39,418 nucleotides of DNA from Wenzhouxiangella sp. (GCA_007123055.1 SKSJ01000036.1:1-39418); one strand, 5' to 3'. Positions 8,024 through 17,965 are shown, numbered from the stretch's first letter. Notes: a model not told the origin generated them from the letters alone. A program made the numbers and translations.

Positions 8024-8626
8024 TTGGAAGAGACGGGAAAGGGCAACACACGGCGCACGACGCGCGGTATCGATTTTTTTCGTGGTTTTCTCAGGAGCCC
8101 GGAGCAGGTCGGCTCGATCATACCCAGTTCCCGCTTCCTGGAGCGGCGGATCGTCAATCTGTCGGGCCTGGCCGACGCCACGACGGTCGTGGAGCTGGGG
8201 CCCGGAACCGGCGGAACGACCCGGGCGATTCTCGAGGCCATGCGCCCGGAAGGTCAGCTGCTGACCATCGAGCTCGATCCGCAATTTTCCAGCATTCTCG
8301 AAAGTTTCGGTGATCCGCGCCTGTTTCCTCACACCGGCAGCGCGGCCGATCTCCCTGAAATCCTGCGCCAATACGGCCTGCCGGCCCCGGATGTGGTCAT
8401 ATCGGGCATTCCGTTTTCGACCATGCCGCGCGAGATCGGCAATGCCGTAATCGAGGCCGTGCGCGACAGCCTCGCGCCTGGCGGGCGATTCGTCGCTTAC
8501 CAGTTTCGCGGCCATGTCGGACGCATGGGGCGGCCCATCCTGGGCGAGCCCGAGGTCGAGCTGGAACTGCTCAACGTCCCGCCGATGCGCTTTTACCGCT
8601 GGAGCCGACCCTCGGCCTCGGCTTGA
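8024..8626 (+). CDS. Class I SAM-dependent methyltransferase, phospholipid N-methyltransferase (PmtA/OlsG-like)
   Basis: GSIIPSS, VVELGPGTGGTT, ISGIPF, FVAYQ and NVPP motifs; GAGGAG RBS before a TTG start. Confidence 0.85.
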   Translation: MEETGKGNTRRTTRGIDFFRGFLRSPEQVGSIIPSSRFLERRIVNLSGLADATTVVELGPGTGGTTRAILEAMRPEGQLLTIELDPQFSSILESFGDPRLFPHTGSAADLPEILRQYGLPAPDVVISGIPFSTMPREIGNAVIEAVRDSLAPGGRFVAYQFRGHVGRMGRPILGEPEVELELLNVPPMRFYRWSRPSASA

Positions 8627-9997
8627 TCAAGTGACCGGGCTGGGGAGCGTCAGGATGGCGCTCGCGATGGAAAAATAAATCAGGATCCCCAGCACGTCGG
8701 CCACCGAGGTGATCAGTGGAGTACTCGCGGTGGCTGGGTCCATGTTGAGTCGCTGAAGGATGAATGGCAGCAGCATGCCCAGCATTGCTCCCATCACTAC
8801 GACAGCCAGCATTGCCAGGCCGACGACCATCGCAAGTTCCATTCCGAGTTCGGGACCACCGCGCCAAATGCCGACAAGGGAGACAGCGATGCCCATCGTG
8901 ACGCCCAGCAGGAGGGCGACTGACAGTTCCTTGCCCCAGAGTTTGAACCAGTCGGAGGCTTCGACGTCGCCCGTGGCCAGGGCGCGCACCATCAGGGTCG
9001 CGGACTGACTGCCCGCATTACCACTGCTGGCAATGATCAGCGGCAGGAAGAACACAAGTGCAATGACCGCTTCGATGGCATCTTCGAACAACGCGATGGC
9101 CAGTCCGCTGACCAGGTTGACGACGACCAGAATCATCAGCCAGCCGATGCGCTTTCGGTAAAGAAAGCCCGGACTGGCCTCGCGTACCGAGATGGTGAGG
9201 CTGCCCGTGCCGCCCAGCTTGTGGAAATCTTCCGTGAATTCCTGCTCGGCCACGTCCATTATGTCGTCGACCGTGACGATCCCGAGCATCATGCCGTTGC
9301 GGTCGGTGACTGGCAGGGTGTTGATGTCGTAGTGCTGAATGGTCTGAACGGCCTCTTCTCGGTCGGCTGCGGCCTGGATACTGATGACGTCGTCATCCAT
9401 CAGCTTCTCGACTCGGGCATCCTGACGGGCCAGGATGAAGTCCTTGAGCCGGATGGCGTCGAGAAGCTTGCCGCGCTCATCGGTGACGAACACGAAGTTG
9501 ATTGTTTCCCCGCGATGGGCTTCGTGGCGGATGTGATCGAGAGCCCTTGCAACTGTCCAGTTCGGTCGAACCGACACGAAATGGGTGGTCATGAGTCGTC
9601 CCACCGACTCATCGGGGTATCCCAGCAGTTTCAGAGATTGCTTGAGATCATCCGGCCCCAGCAGCTTCAGGTAACCTTCCAGATCCTCGGGGTCGAGGCT
9701 TTCCAGAAAGCCCGTACGGTCGTCAGGGACGAGTTCGTGAAGGATCCGACGAGATTCGGCGGGAGAAAGTTCGCCTATGATTTCCCGTTGCTGCCCGTGG
9801 CTCAGGTAGGAGAAGGTGTCGGTTCGGCGTTCTTCCGGCAGCGATCGCAATATCTTGGTGCGATCAGGTAACTCGGCTTGAGACATCGCCTCAGCGATAT
9901 CCTGGACGGCCATTTCCTCGAGTTTTTCAGCCAGGTCATGGTCGCGCTCGAGATTGACCAATGCCAGCAATTCGATGATGGAGCCTTTTTCCGCCAT
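8627..9997 (-). CDS. mgtE: Magnesium transporter MgtE
   Basis: GYPDESVGRLMT, tandem CBS domains, GNAGSQSAT and DPATASTPLITSVAD; ATG at 9997 preceded by GAGGAG. Confidence 0.95.
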   Translation of the reverse strand: MAEKGSIIELLALVNLERDHDLAEKLEEMAVQDIAEAMSQAELPDRTKILRSLPEERRTDTFSYLSHGQQREIIGELSPAESRRILHELVPDDRTGFLESLDPEDLEGYLKLLGPDDLKQSLKLLGYPDESVGRLMTTHFVSVRPNWTVARALDHIRHEAHRGETINFVFVTDERGKLLDAIRLKDFILARQDARVEKLMDDDVISIQAAADREEAVQTIQHYDINTLPVTDRNGMMLGIVTVDDIMDVAEQEFTEDFHKLGGTGSLTISVREASPGFLYRKRIGWLMILVVVNLVSGLAIALFEDAIEAVIALVFFLPLIIASSGNAGSQSATLMVRALATGDVEASDWFKLWGKELSVALLLGVTMGIAVSLVGIWRGGPELGMELAMVVGLAMLAVVVMGAMLGMLLPFILQRLNMDPATASTPLITSVADVLGILIYFSIASAILTLPSPVT

Positions 9998-10079
9998 TTG
10001 GGATCTCCTCAAGTCGTTCTCGATGCATGGGCAGATTCTCCGCCCCGTGTTGTAGTTGCGCCTGCGCTACCCTGCGAGT

Positions 10080-10751
10080 TCAGAAAGCCAGGGTCAGCCC
10101 TGCGGTGACAAACCAGTCCGCATCGCTGCTCAGGTTTCTCCCGACCGCGACATCCAGGTGCTCGACGACATCGCCGATCCCCGTGCGAATGCCGATCTGC
10201 GCTTCGGCGTCCTCGTCCGAGCCTTCACGGTAGAGTTGCCCGATCAGGTCGAACTGTTCAGTGGCGGACCATTCCACGGCCGCGCCGGTGAACAGGTGGT
10301 CCGAGCTGTCGTCGCGTTCATGGATCCATCCCGCGTTGAGATGAAAGACAACCGGTGCGTGAGCCATGGCATAGCTGACCGGCAGGTTGACCAGCCAGTC
10401 GGACCATTCGCCGTCTTCATGGCCCACGGTCACTGCCAGAGCCGAGGCGATTGCACCGTCCTCGATCGGGGCGAACTGCCATTTCGCGGCCAGTTCGAAG
10501 CGATCGAGGTTGCCACCACCGGCTTCAAGCCGGTAATAGCCGGCCGTGAGCTCCAGTCGGTCGCGGACCGTTACCGCGGGAAGAAAACCGAACTCGGCAT
10601 TACGGCCATCGAAATGCGAATACCAGGACTCGATCTGGAAGTCACTCGGTGCCACGATATCGGCATCGTCCACGGGATAGTGGCCACCAGCGCACCAGCC
10701 GGCAAGCGGCAGAAGAAGCAGGGCGATCAGTAGCAGTACGCGCTTTGTCAT
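10080..10751 (-). CDS. Secreted, probable outer-membrane beta-barrel protein of unknown function
   Basis: Signal peptide MTKRVLLLIALLLLPLAGWCA, alternating amphipathic strands, C-terminal ...GLTLAF (terminal Phe). Confidence 0.75.
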   Translation of the reverse strand: MTKRVLLLIALLLLPLAGWCAGGHYPVDDADIVAPSDFQIESWYSHFDGRNAEFGFLPAVTVRDRLELTAGYYRLEAGGGNLDRFELAAKWQFAPIEDGAIASALAVTVGHEDGEWSDWLVNLPVSYAMAHAPVVFHLNAGWIHERDDSSDHLFTGAAVEWSATEQFDLIGQLYREGSDEDAEAQIGIRTGIGDVVEHLDVAVGRNLSSDADWFVTAGLTLAF

Positions 10752-10963
10752 GTCGACTCTCGCTGTGTTCCCTACTGAATGTAACAACGGCAGATCAGCG
10801 TTACCGACAGACGGTCCGAATCGATGCCGCTTGTTGCATTCCTGGTGGAAGCCATCCGACCGGCGACGAGCCAGCGAGCGACAGCGACAAAGCGTTGGAC
10901 GATCTCTGGACGGCAGTCCGGTGCGAGTCTTTCGCCGGACTGCCTCGGGAAGGGTGGGGCAGG

Positions 10964-11014
10964 CTACCGAAGACGCGCGAGCGAACAACCGTCGTGGGTT
11001 CGGTGACGACTCAA
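10964..11014 (-). CDS. Candidate leader peptide MSRHRTHDGCSLARLR
   Basis: GGAGG 6 nt upstream of a TTG start, TAG stop, inside a long 5' leader; not in the ORF track. Confidence 0.4.
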   Translation of the reverse strand: MSRHRTHDGCSLARLR

Positions 11015-11046
11015 AACCTGCCTCCCGGGGCGTGAAACTGCCCGGG

Positions 11047-11074
11047 ATTATATGCGGCCGGCCAATCCTGTCAA
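11047..11074 (-). promoter_or_regulatory. Consensus sigma70 promoter for the barrel-mgtE transcript
   Basis: TTGACA (11074-11069), 16-nt spacer, TATAAT (11052-11047) on the minus strand. Confidence 0.8.
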
Positions 11075-11092
11075 GTCAGAGCCCGGTTGCGC

Positions 11093-11122
11093 TTGTGTCA
11101 TGCGCGTCGGCAGGGGTATAAT
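11093..11122 (+). promoter_or_regulatory. sigma70 promoter of the rpsF operon
   Basis: TTGTGT, 18-nt spacer, TATAAT, then a GC-rich discriminator. Confidence 0.65.
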
Positions 11123-11155
11123 GCCCGGCTTGATTTTTCGCGGACTGCGAGAATC

Positions 11156-11245
11156 GCCTTGCTCCACGGACGGTCGTCAGATCTGGCCGGTTCGGGGGCT
11201 TTGGGGTCCGAACGTTCGGACCGTTCAAAACCGTAAGGAGAGACA
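11156..11245 (+). promoter_or_regulatory. S6:S18-type autoregulatory leader of rpsF
   Basis: CCTTGC..CC early in the leader and CCGTAAGGAG at the RBS, as in gammaproteobacterial rpsF leaders; hairpin GGTCCGAA-CG-TTCGGACC. Confidence 0.55.
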
Positions 11246-11743
11246 ATGAGACACTACGAGATTGTTCTTCTGGTCCATCCGGACCAGAGTGAGCAGGTGC
11301 CCAGCATGCTCGAGCGCTACCAGAGCGTTGTCGAGGAGCGCGGCGGCAAGGTTCACCGCAGCGAGGACTGGGGTCGCCTGCAGCTGGCCTTCACGATAGC
11401 CAAGTTGCACAAGGCCCACTACCTCATGATCAACATCGAGTGCGACAAGGACGCCCTCGACGAGCTTGAGGGTATCTTCCGCTTCAACGACGCCATCCTG
11501 CGCCACTTGATTGTCCGCAAGGACCAGGCCGAGACGGAGCCGTCGGTCATGCTCAAGCGCAAGGAAAGCAAGGATGAGCGCGAAGGCAAGCGTGCCCCGC
11601 GGGATTCGGACAGCGACAGTGAGTCGTCCGGCGACGGCGATACGTCCGGTGACGATGATTCGGATCGTACGGAAGATACTGAAGACAAGTCCGAGAGCGA
11701 AGATGCTTCGGACGATGATGAACAGCAGAAGGCGGAGGCTTAA
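11246..11743 (+). CDS. rpsF: 30S ribosomal protein S6 with long acidic C-terminal tail
   Basis: [18 protein letters not shown]...[14 protein letters not shown]. Confidence 0.98.
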   Translation: MRHYEIVLLVHPDQSEQVPSMLERYQSVVEERGGKVHRSEDWGRLQLAFTIAKLHKAHYLMINIECDKDALDELEGIFRFNDAILRHLIVRKDQAETEPSVMLKRKESKDEREGKRAPRDSDSDSESSGDGDTSGDDDSDRTEDTEDKSESEDASDDDEQQKAEA

Positions 11744-11746
11744 GCA

Positions 11747-11971
11747 ATGGCACGTTTCATGAGACGACGCAAGTACTGCCGCTTTACCGCGGAGGGCATC
11801 GAGGAGATCGATTACAAGGATATCGATCTGCTCAAGGATTTTGTCGGCGAGACCGGCAAGGTCGTGCCCAGCCGCATCACCGGCACCAAGGCCAAGTACC
11901 AGCGTCAGCTGGCCACGGCGATCAAGCGCGCCCGCTACCTGGCGCTGCTGCCGTACACCGACAACCACTGA
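11747..11971 (+). CDS. rpsR: 30S ribosomal protein S18
   Basis: IDYKD...[30 protein letters not shown]. Confidence 0.98.
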   Translation: MARFMRRRKYCRFTAEGIEEIDYKDIDLLKDFVGETGKVVPSRITGTKAKYQRQLATAIKRARYLALLPYTDNH

Positions 11972-11987
11972 GGACCGGGGTAACGTC

Positions 11988-12443
11988 ATGAAGCTGATTC
12001 TTCTTGAGAACATCTACAACCTCGGCGATCTGGGCGATACGGTTACCGTTCGTCCGGGTTATGGCCGCAACTTCCTGCTGCCGCGCGGCAAGGCCGTGCC
12101 GGCGACGAAGGACAACATCGAGGCATTCGAGGCCCGTCGCGAGGAGCTGCAGCGCCAGGCCCGGGACAAGCAGGCCGCCGCCGAAGCGCGCCGCGAAGCC
12201 ATCGACGGCATCGAGGAAGTGCTGTTTGCCGTGCCTGTCAGCCCGGAAGGCCGCCTTTACGGCTCGATCAATCCCAACGAGATCGCCGGCAAGCTCACCG
12301 AGATGGGGTTTGCCGTGGAAAAGGCGGAAGTCGATATGCCGGAAGGGCCGATCCGCGAGCCTGGTGAGTTCACGGTTGGCCTGATCCTGCATGCCGACGT
12401 GCAGACCGAGGTCAAGATCAAGGTCATCGCGGCCGAAGGCTGA
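11988..12443 (+). CDS. rplI: 50S ribosomal protein L9
   Basis: MKLILLE..NLG.LGD.V.VRPGYGRNFLLPRGKA; GRLYGSI. Confidence 0.98.
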   Translation: MKLILLENIYNLGDLGDTVTVRPGYGRNFLLPRGKAVPATKDNIEAFEARREELQRQARDKQAAAEARREAIDGIEEVLFAVPVSPEGRLYGSINPNEIAGKLTEMGFAVEKAEVDMPEGPIREPGEFTVGLILHADVQTEVKIKVIAAEG

Positions 12444-12469
12444 GACCGCAACAGGTATTCTGGACTATC

Positions 12470-12502
12470 GATGGCCCGGGACCTCCCGGGCCATCTTCGT
12501 TT
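12470..12502 (+). terminator. Intrinsic terminator after rplI
   Basis: GATGGCCCGGG-ACCT-CCCGGGCCATC followed by TTCGTTT. Confidence 0.75.
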
Positions 12503-12609
12503 GCGGGCCGCTCAAGCCACGCTCCGTGCTTTTCCGATGGTCAACCTGACTCCATCTGGGTTAGACTGACCGGCCGTCCCCCAACTCGTGATGTCGGTGT
12601 TTTCCAGAA

Positions 12610-13983
12610 GTGGCTGAACCAAGAATCTCGACACTGACCAACGTCAAGGCGCCGCCGCATTCCAACGAGGCGGAGCAGTCCCTGCTAGGCGCACTGATGC
12701 TTTCGACCACGGCCTGGGACAAGATCGCCGACCAGATCGACGAGACTGATTTCTACCGCGAGACCCATCGCCTCATCTACCGGGCCATTTCCGAGCTCAG
12801 CCAGGACGGCCAGCCCTGTGACGCGATCACCGTCAGCGAGTGGTTTTCCCGCCACGACATGCTCGATCGGGTCGATGCCGGGGCCTACCTGACCATGCTG
12901 GCCAACGAGACGCCGGGGCCGGCCAACGTGGCCGGGTACGCGCAGATCATTCGCGAGAAGTCCATCCTGCGCCAGCTCATCGAGATCGGGACCGATATCG
13001 CCGATACGGCCCTCAATACCGCGGGCCGCAGCAGCAAGGAAGTGCTGGAAGAGGCCGAGCAGCGCATTTACGCCATCGCCGACCAGGGCGCGCACCGGAC
13101 CTCGGGCTACGTCACGATCCAGCAGGTCATGGCCGAGGCCATGAACGTGCTCAATGACTTGCAGGAGAACGATGGCGAGCTGACCGGCGTGCCCACCGGC
13201 TTCACCGACCTGGACGGTCACACGTCGGGTCTTCAGAAGACCGACCTGGTCATCGTTGCCGGCCGTCCTTCCATGGGCAAGACCAGTTTCGCGATGAATA
13301 TCGCCGAACGCGCCGCCATTCGCTACAAGGTGCCGGTGGCGATTTTCTCCATGGAAATGTCAGACGTGCAGCTGGTCATGCGCCTGTTTTCCTCGCTCGG
13401 CCAGATCGACCAGAACCGGCTGCGCACCGGCAAGCTGGAAGGCCACGACTGGGTCAACCTGCGCTCGGCGATGAGCATGCTGAAAGGGGCCGGGATCTTC
13501 ATCGACCAGACGCCGTCGCTCTCGCCCACCGACATGCGCGCCCGTGCGCGGCGCATGAAGCGCGAGCACGACATCGGCCTGATCGTGGTTGACTACTTGC
13601 AGTTGATGAAGGCACCGGGCCTGTCGGAGAACCGCACCAACGAGATCAGCGAAATCTCCCGCAGCCTCAAGGCGCTGGCCAAGGAACTCGACCTGCCGGT
13701 CATTGCGTTGTCACAGCTCAACCGTGCGCTGGAGCAACGCCCGGACAAGCGTCCCAAGATGGCCGACCTCAGAGAATCCGGCGCCATCGAGCAGGATGCC
13801 GACCTCATCCTGTTCATCTACCGCGACGAAGTCTATAACGAGGACTCGCCGGACAAGGGAAAAGCCGAGATCATCATCGGCAAGCACCGCAACGGCGCGA
13901 CCGGCAAGATCGACCTCGCATTCCAGGGAGAGTACGTGAGGTTCCGGGATTTCACCTACGATCATTACAGCCAGGATGACTGA
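12610..13983 (+). CDS. dnaB: Replicative DNA helicase
   Basis: PPHSNEAEQ, AGRPSMGKT, VDYLQL and DLRESGAIEQDAD motifs; no intein. Confidence 0.98.
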   Translation: MAEPRISTLTNVKAPPHSNEAEQSLLGALMLSTTAWDKIADQIDETDFYRETHRLIYRAISELSQDGQPCDAITVSEWFSRHDMLDRVDAGAYLTMLANETPGPANVAGYAQIIREKSILRQLIEIGTDIADTALNTAGRSSKEVLEEAEQRIYAIADQGAHRTSGYVTIQQVMAEAMNVLNDLQENDGELTGVPTGFTDLDGHTSGLQKTDLVIVAGRPSMGKTSFAMNIAERAAIRYKVPVAIFSMEMSDVQLVMRLFSSLGQIDQNRLRTGKLEGHDWVNLRSAMSMLKGAGIFIDQTPSLSPTDMRARARRMKREHDIGLIVVDYLQLMKAPGLSENRTNEISEISRSLKALAKELDLPVIALSQLNRALEQRPDKRPKMADLRESGAIEQDADLILFIYRDEVYNEDSPDKGKAEIIIGKHRNGATGKIDLAFQGEYVRFRDFTYDHYSQDD

Positions 13984-14010
13984 CACCGGACTGCCGGCCG
14001 GGTAACCCTC

Positions 14011-15114
14011 ATGGCACGCAATACCATCGCCCGCATCCATCCGGATGCCGTCGCCCACAATCTTGGCCGGGTGCGCGAGAGCGCGCCAGGCAGCCGCGTG
14101 ATGGCCGTGGTCAAGGCCGATGCCTACGGGCATCGTCTGGATCTGTGCCTGCCCGCGCTTGCCGGTGCCGACATGCTCGCGGTGGCCACGATCGAGGAAG
14201 CACGGGCGATACGTCGACTGGGAAACGGCTTGCCGGTGCTGCTGCTCGAAGGAGTGACCGACCCCGGCGATCTTGCGGTGGCCGCGGACCTGGAACTGGA
14301 GTTGACGGTGCATCACCGCCAGCAGGTCAAGGCGCTGGCCGCGTTCGGCCGCCCGGTCACCCCCCGGATCTGGCTCAAGATTGATTCGGGCATGCATCGG
14401 CTGGGAGTCGAGGCTGCCGAAGCGGCGGAACTTCACGCTCGCCTGCTGGAACTTCCGGGCGTCCGGCGGGTGAACCTGATGAGCCACCTGGCCTGTGCCG
14501 AACGTCCCGATCATCGGCTCAATGCCCGCCAGCTGGCACGATTCGACCAGGCTGTCGCCGGACTCGAGGGTGAACACTGCCTGGCCAATTCCGCCGCGAT
14601 CTTCAACTGGCCGGCGATTCATCGCGACTGGGTGCGGGCCGGCATCGTCCTGTACGGCATTTCGCCGTTGGATGCCGGAACGGGTACCGATCTCGGGCTC
14701 CAGCCGGCGATGACGCTGACCTCCGAGTTGCTGGCCGTCAACCGGGTGCCGGCCGGTGAACACATCGGTTACGGCGGACGCTTCGTCGCCTCCGAAGACA
14801 TGCTGGTTGGCGTGGCGGCCATCGGCTATGGCGACGGTTACCCGCGATCCATTGCCGACGGTACGCCGGTGCTGGTCAACGGGCAGCACTGCCGCCTGGC
14901 CGGGCGGGTGTCGATGGACATGATCACCATCGACCTGGCCGGCTGTCCGGAGGCGAAAATCGGTGACCCGGTGGTGCTGTGGGGTGGCGTGCTGCCGGTG
15001 GAAGACATCGCGCGTGCGGCCGACACCATTCCCTACGAACTGGTCTGCCGGATTACCCGTCGCGTCCGTTACCGGGCGCAGGCTGCGCCGGTGGCGGTCA
15101 GTAAGGTAAAATAG
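14011..15114 (+). CDS. alr: Alanine racemase
   Basis: AVVKADAYGH, KIDSGMHRLG, GYGDGYPR, GRVSMDM. Confidence 0.97.
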   Translation: MARNTIARIHPDAVAHNLGRVRESAPGSRVMAVVKADAYGHRLDLCLPALAGADMLAVATIEEARAIRRLGNGLPVLLLEGVTDPGDLAVAADLELELTVHHRQQVKALAAFGRPVTPRIWLKIDSGMHRLGVEAAEAAELHARLLELPGVRRVNLMSHLACAERPDHRLNARQLARFDQAVAGLEGEHCLANSAAIFNWPAIHRDWVRAGIVLYGISPLDAGTGTDLGLQPAMTLTSELLAVNRVPAGEHIGYGGRFVASEDMLVGVAAIGYGDGYPRSIADGTPVLVNGQHCRLAGRVSMDMITIDLAGCPEAKIGDPVVLWGGVLPVEDIARAADTIPYELVCRITRRVRYRAQAAPVAVSKVK

Positions 15115-15126
15115 CCGGTCTTTCAA

Positions 15127-16485
15127 ATGGTTTCGACACGCATGGCGGGCAAGCTCTACATTCAGACCCACGGCTGCCAGATGAACGAGTACGACTCGGA
15201 GAAAATGGCCGACGTACTCGCTCATTCGCACGATATGGAATTGACCGACCGGCCCGAGGAGGCCGATGTCATCCTGGTCAATACCTGCTCGATTCGCGAG
15301 AAGGCGCAGGAGAAGGTGTTCTCGCAGCTCGGCCGCTGGCGCCCGCTCAAGGAAGCGCGTCCCGATGTGGTCATCGGCGTGGCGGGTTGCGTGGCCAGCC
15401 AGGAAGGCGAGGGCATCGTGCGCCGCGCGCCCTTCGTCGACATGGTGTTCGGTCCGCAGACGATTCATCGCCTGCCGAAACTGCTGGACCAGGCGCGATC
15501 GGGTGGCGAGTCGGCCATCGACATCAGCTTCCCGGAAATCGAGAAATTCGATCACCTGCCCAGCCCGGGCGCAAAAGGTGCCACGGCATTCGTCTCCATC
15601 ATGGAGGGATGCTCGAAGTACTGCTCGTTCTGCGTGGTGCCCTATACCCGCGGCGAGGAGGTCAGCCGGCCGCTCGACGATGTGGTCGCCGAGGTTGCGG
15701 AACTGGCCGGGCAGGGCGTGTGCGAGATCAACCTGCTGGGCCAGAACGTCAACGCCTACCGCGGGCCGATGCACGATGGCGGCACCGCCGACCTGGCCCT
15801 GCTCATTCGCTACGTCGCGCATATCGAGGGCGTCGAGCGCATCCGCTTCACGACGTCCCACCCGGTGGAGTTCACCGACAGCCTGATCGAGGTGTTCGGC
15901 GAGGTTCCGCAACTGGCCAACTACTTGCACCTGCCGGTGCAGTCCGGGTCCGATCGTGTGTTGTCGTTGATGAAGCGGGGGCATACCATTCTCGAGTACA
16001 AGCAGAAGATTCGCCGTCTGCGCAAGGTTCGGCCGGACATCGCGCTCAGCTCGGATTTCATCGTCGGCTTTCCCGGGGAAACCGAGCACGATTTCCAGCA
16101 GACTCTGGATCTGGTCCGCGAACTGGAGTTCGATCAGAGCTTCAGCTTCATCTACTCGGCACGGCCCGGCACACCCGCGGCTTCTTTCCCGGACAATGTC
16201 TCGCTTGAAGAGAAGAAGGACCGGCTGAAACGTTTGCAGGACCAGCTCAACCGGCAGGCGAAAGGCTATGCCGAGGCCATGGTCGGCACCACCCAGTGCG
16301 TGGTGGTCGAGGGGGCGAGCAAGAAGGATGGTGGTGAACTGGCCGGACGGACCGAGAACAACCGCGTCGTCAACTTTCCCGGCCCTCCCGAACTGATCGG
16401 TCGCATGACCGAGGTGAGCATTACCGCCGCGCTGGCCAACTCCCTGCGCGGGCGTCTGGCCACCTCCGATACAGCGGCGGCCTGA
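15127..16485 (+). CDS. miaB: tRNA-2-methylthio-N6-dimethylallyladenosine synthase
   Basis: [17 protein letters not shown] radical-SAM motif, C-terminal TRAM domain; start may be 15142. Confidence 0.97.
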   Translation: MVSTRMAGKLYIQTHGCQMNEYDSEKMADVLAHSHDMELTDRPEEADVILVNTCSIREKAQEKVFSQLGRWRPLKEARPDVVIGVAGCVASQEGEGIVRRAPFVDMVFGPQTIHRLPKLLDQARSGGESAIDISFPEIEKFDHLPSPGAKGATAFVSIMEGCSKYCSFCVVPYTRGEEVSRPLDDVVAEVAELAGQGVCEINLLGQNVNAYRGPMHDGGTADLALLIRYVAHIEGVERIRFTTSHPVEFTDSLIEVFGEVPQLANYLHLPVQSGSDRVLSLMKRGHTILEYKQKIRRLRKVRPDIALSSDFIVGFPGETEHDFQQTLDLVRELEFDQSFSFIYSARPGTPAASFPDNVSLEEKKDRLKRLQDQLNRQAKGYAEAMVGTTQCVVVEGASKKDGGELAGRTENNRVVNFPGPPELIGRMTEVSITAALANSLRGRLATSDTAAA

Positions 16486-17451
16486 ATGAGTACTGCTTCG
16501 GAAACGGCGGTCACGCTGGAACTCGAACCGGTCGACAACGAACGACTGGCCAATCTTTGCGGACATCTCGACGACCACTTGCGTCTGATCGAGCGGCGCC
16601 TGGGCGTGTCCATCGCCGCGCGCGGCAACATATTCAGCGTCGAGGGTGAGGCGGATGCCACACAGGCAGCCCGGCGCGTGCTGCGTCAGCTCTACCGCCA
16701 GGCGGAATCCGAGGTGCTGACCCCGGCCACGGTCAACCTGCATCTGCAGCAGTCCGGGCTCGACGAGCCGGAGCCCGAGGAGGTCGAGGTCGGCATTCGT
16801 ACCCGGCGCGGCATGATCCGCGGGCGCGGCCCCAACCAGCGCCGCTATCTCAAGCGGATTGACGATTGCGACGTCAATTTCGGCGTCGGGCCCGCCGGCA
16901 CCGGCAAGACCTTCCTGGCAGTGGCCTGCGCCGTCGACGCACTGGAGTCCGACCGGGTGCAGCGTATCGTGCTGGTGCGTCCAGCCGTCGAGGCCGGCGA
17001 GCGCCTGGGCTTCCTGCCGGGCGATCTCGCCCAGAAGGTCGACCCGTACCTTCGTCCCCTGCACGATGCCCTCTACGAGATGCTGGGCTTCGAGCGGGCT
17101 GCCCGACTGACCGAGCGCAACGTCATCGAAGTGGCGCCATTGGCCTATATGCGCGGGCGCACGCTCAACGACGCCTTCGTCATTCTCGACGAGGCGCAGA
17201 ACACCACGTCCGAGCAGATGAAGATGTTCCTGACCCGCATCGGGTTCGGTTCCAAGGCGGTGATTACCGGCGACATGACCCAGATCGACCTTCCGCCCAA
17301 GGTCAGTTCGGGGCTGAGGCAGGCGATCGGTTTGCTCAAGGATGTCGAGGGCGTGAGTCAGACCTTTTTCGATGCGCGAGACGTGGTGCGCCATCCCATT
17401 GTCCGGCGGATCGTCGAGGCTTACGAAAAGGCCGATGAACAAGAGCGCTGA
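16486..17451 (+). CDS. ybeZ: PhoH-family ATPase
   Basis: GPAGTGKT, LGFLPGD, YMRGRTL, DEAQN. Confidence 0.95.
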   Translation: MSTASETAVTLELEPVDNERLANLCGHLDDHLRLIERRLGVSIAARGNIFSVEGEADATQAARRVLRQLYRQAESEVLTPATVNLHLQQSGLDEPEPEEVEVGIRTRRGMIRGRGPNQRRYLKRIDDCDVNFGVGPAGTGKTFLAVACAVDALESDRVQRIVLVRPAVEAGERLGFLPGDLAQKVDPYLRPLHDALYEMLGFERAARLTERNVIEVAPLAYMRGRTLNDAFVILDEAQNTTSEQMKMFLTRIGFGSKAVITGDMTQIDLPPKVSSGLRQAIGLLKDVEGVSQTFFDARDVVRHPIVRRIVEAYEKADEQER

Positions 17452-17905
17452 AGCGGGCCTGGAGCGTCTGGTCATCCAGCGCGCCAGTGACCGTGACGAT
17501 CTGCCCGCCGACGCGCTGATCGAGCAATGGGTCGACACGGCACTGGCAGGGCGACCCGAAGCGTCGCTGGTGGTGCGACTGGTCGACGAGGTAGAAGGTC
17601 GCGAGCTCAACCGCACGTGGCGTCAGCGCGACTACGCAACCAACGTGCTCAGTTTCCCGGCCAGTTTGCCCGATGGCACGGGGCTGCAGTTTCTCGGTGA
17701 TATCGTGCTTTGCGCACCGGTCATCGCCCGCGAGGCCCGGGAACAGGGCAAGCCGCCGGAATGGCACTGGGCGCATCTGGTGGTGCACGGGATATTGCAT
17801 CTGCTTGGCTTTGACCATATTTCTCCCGATCAGGCGGCACGCATGGAGTCGCGCGAGATCGAGTTACTGCGTACACTGGATATTGCCAATCCTTATGTCA
17901 CCTGA
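17435..17905 (+). CDS. ybeY: rRNA maturation factor YbeY
   Basis: TNVLSF and HGILHLLGFDH motifs; ATG at 17435. Confidence 0.95.
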   Translation: MNKSAEAGLERLVIQRASDRDDLPADALIEQWVDTALAGRPEASLVVRLVDEVEGRELNRTWRQRDYATNVLSFPASLPDGTGLQFLGDIVLCAPVIAREAREQGKPPEWHWAHLVVHGILHLLGFDHISPDQAARMESREIELLRTLDIANPYVT

Positions 17906-17965
17906 CACCTGGTTCACACGCGTGGATGACGGCGGGATGGTCTGCCGAAACCGCGCCGAGACTTC

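Noticed and set aside
12610-13983. Intein in DnaB
   Set aside because: Normal length (457 aa) with contiguous motifs.
13711-17616. 1301-aa minus-strand ORF
   Set aside because: Antisense shadow of dnaB-alr-miaB-ybeZ-ybeY caused by high-GC codon bias; no recognisable domains. The same applies to other long antisense ORFs such as 2422-3903, 5882-7486 and 24600-26159.
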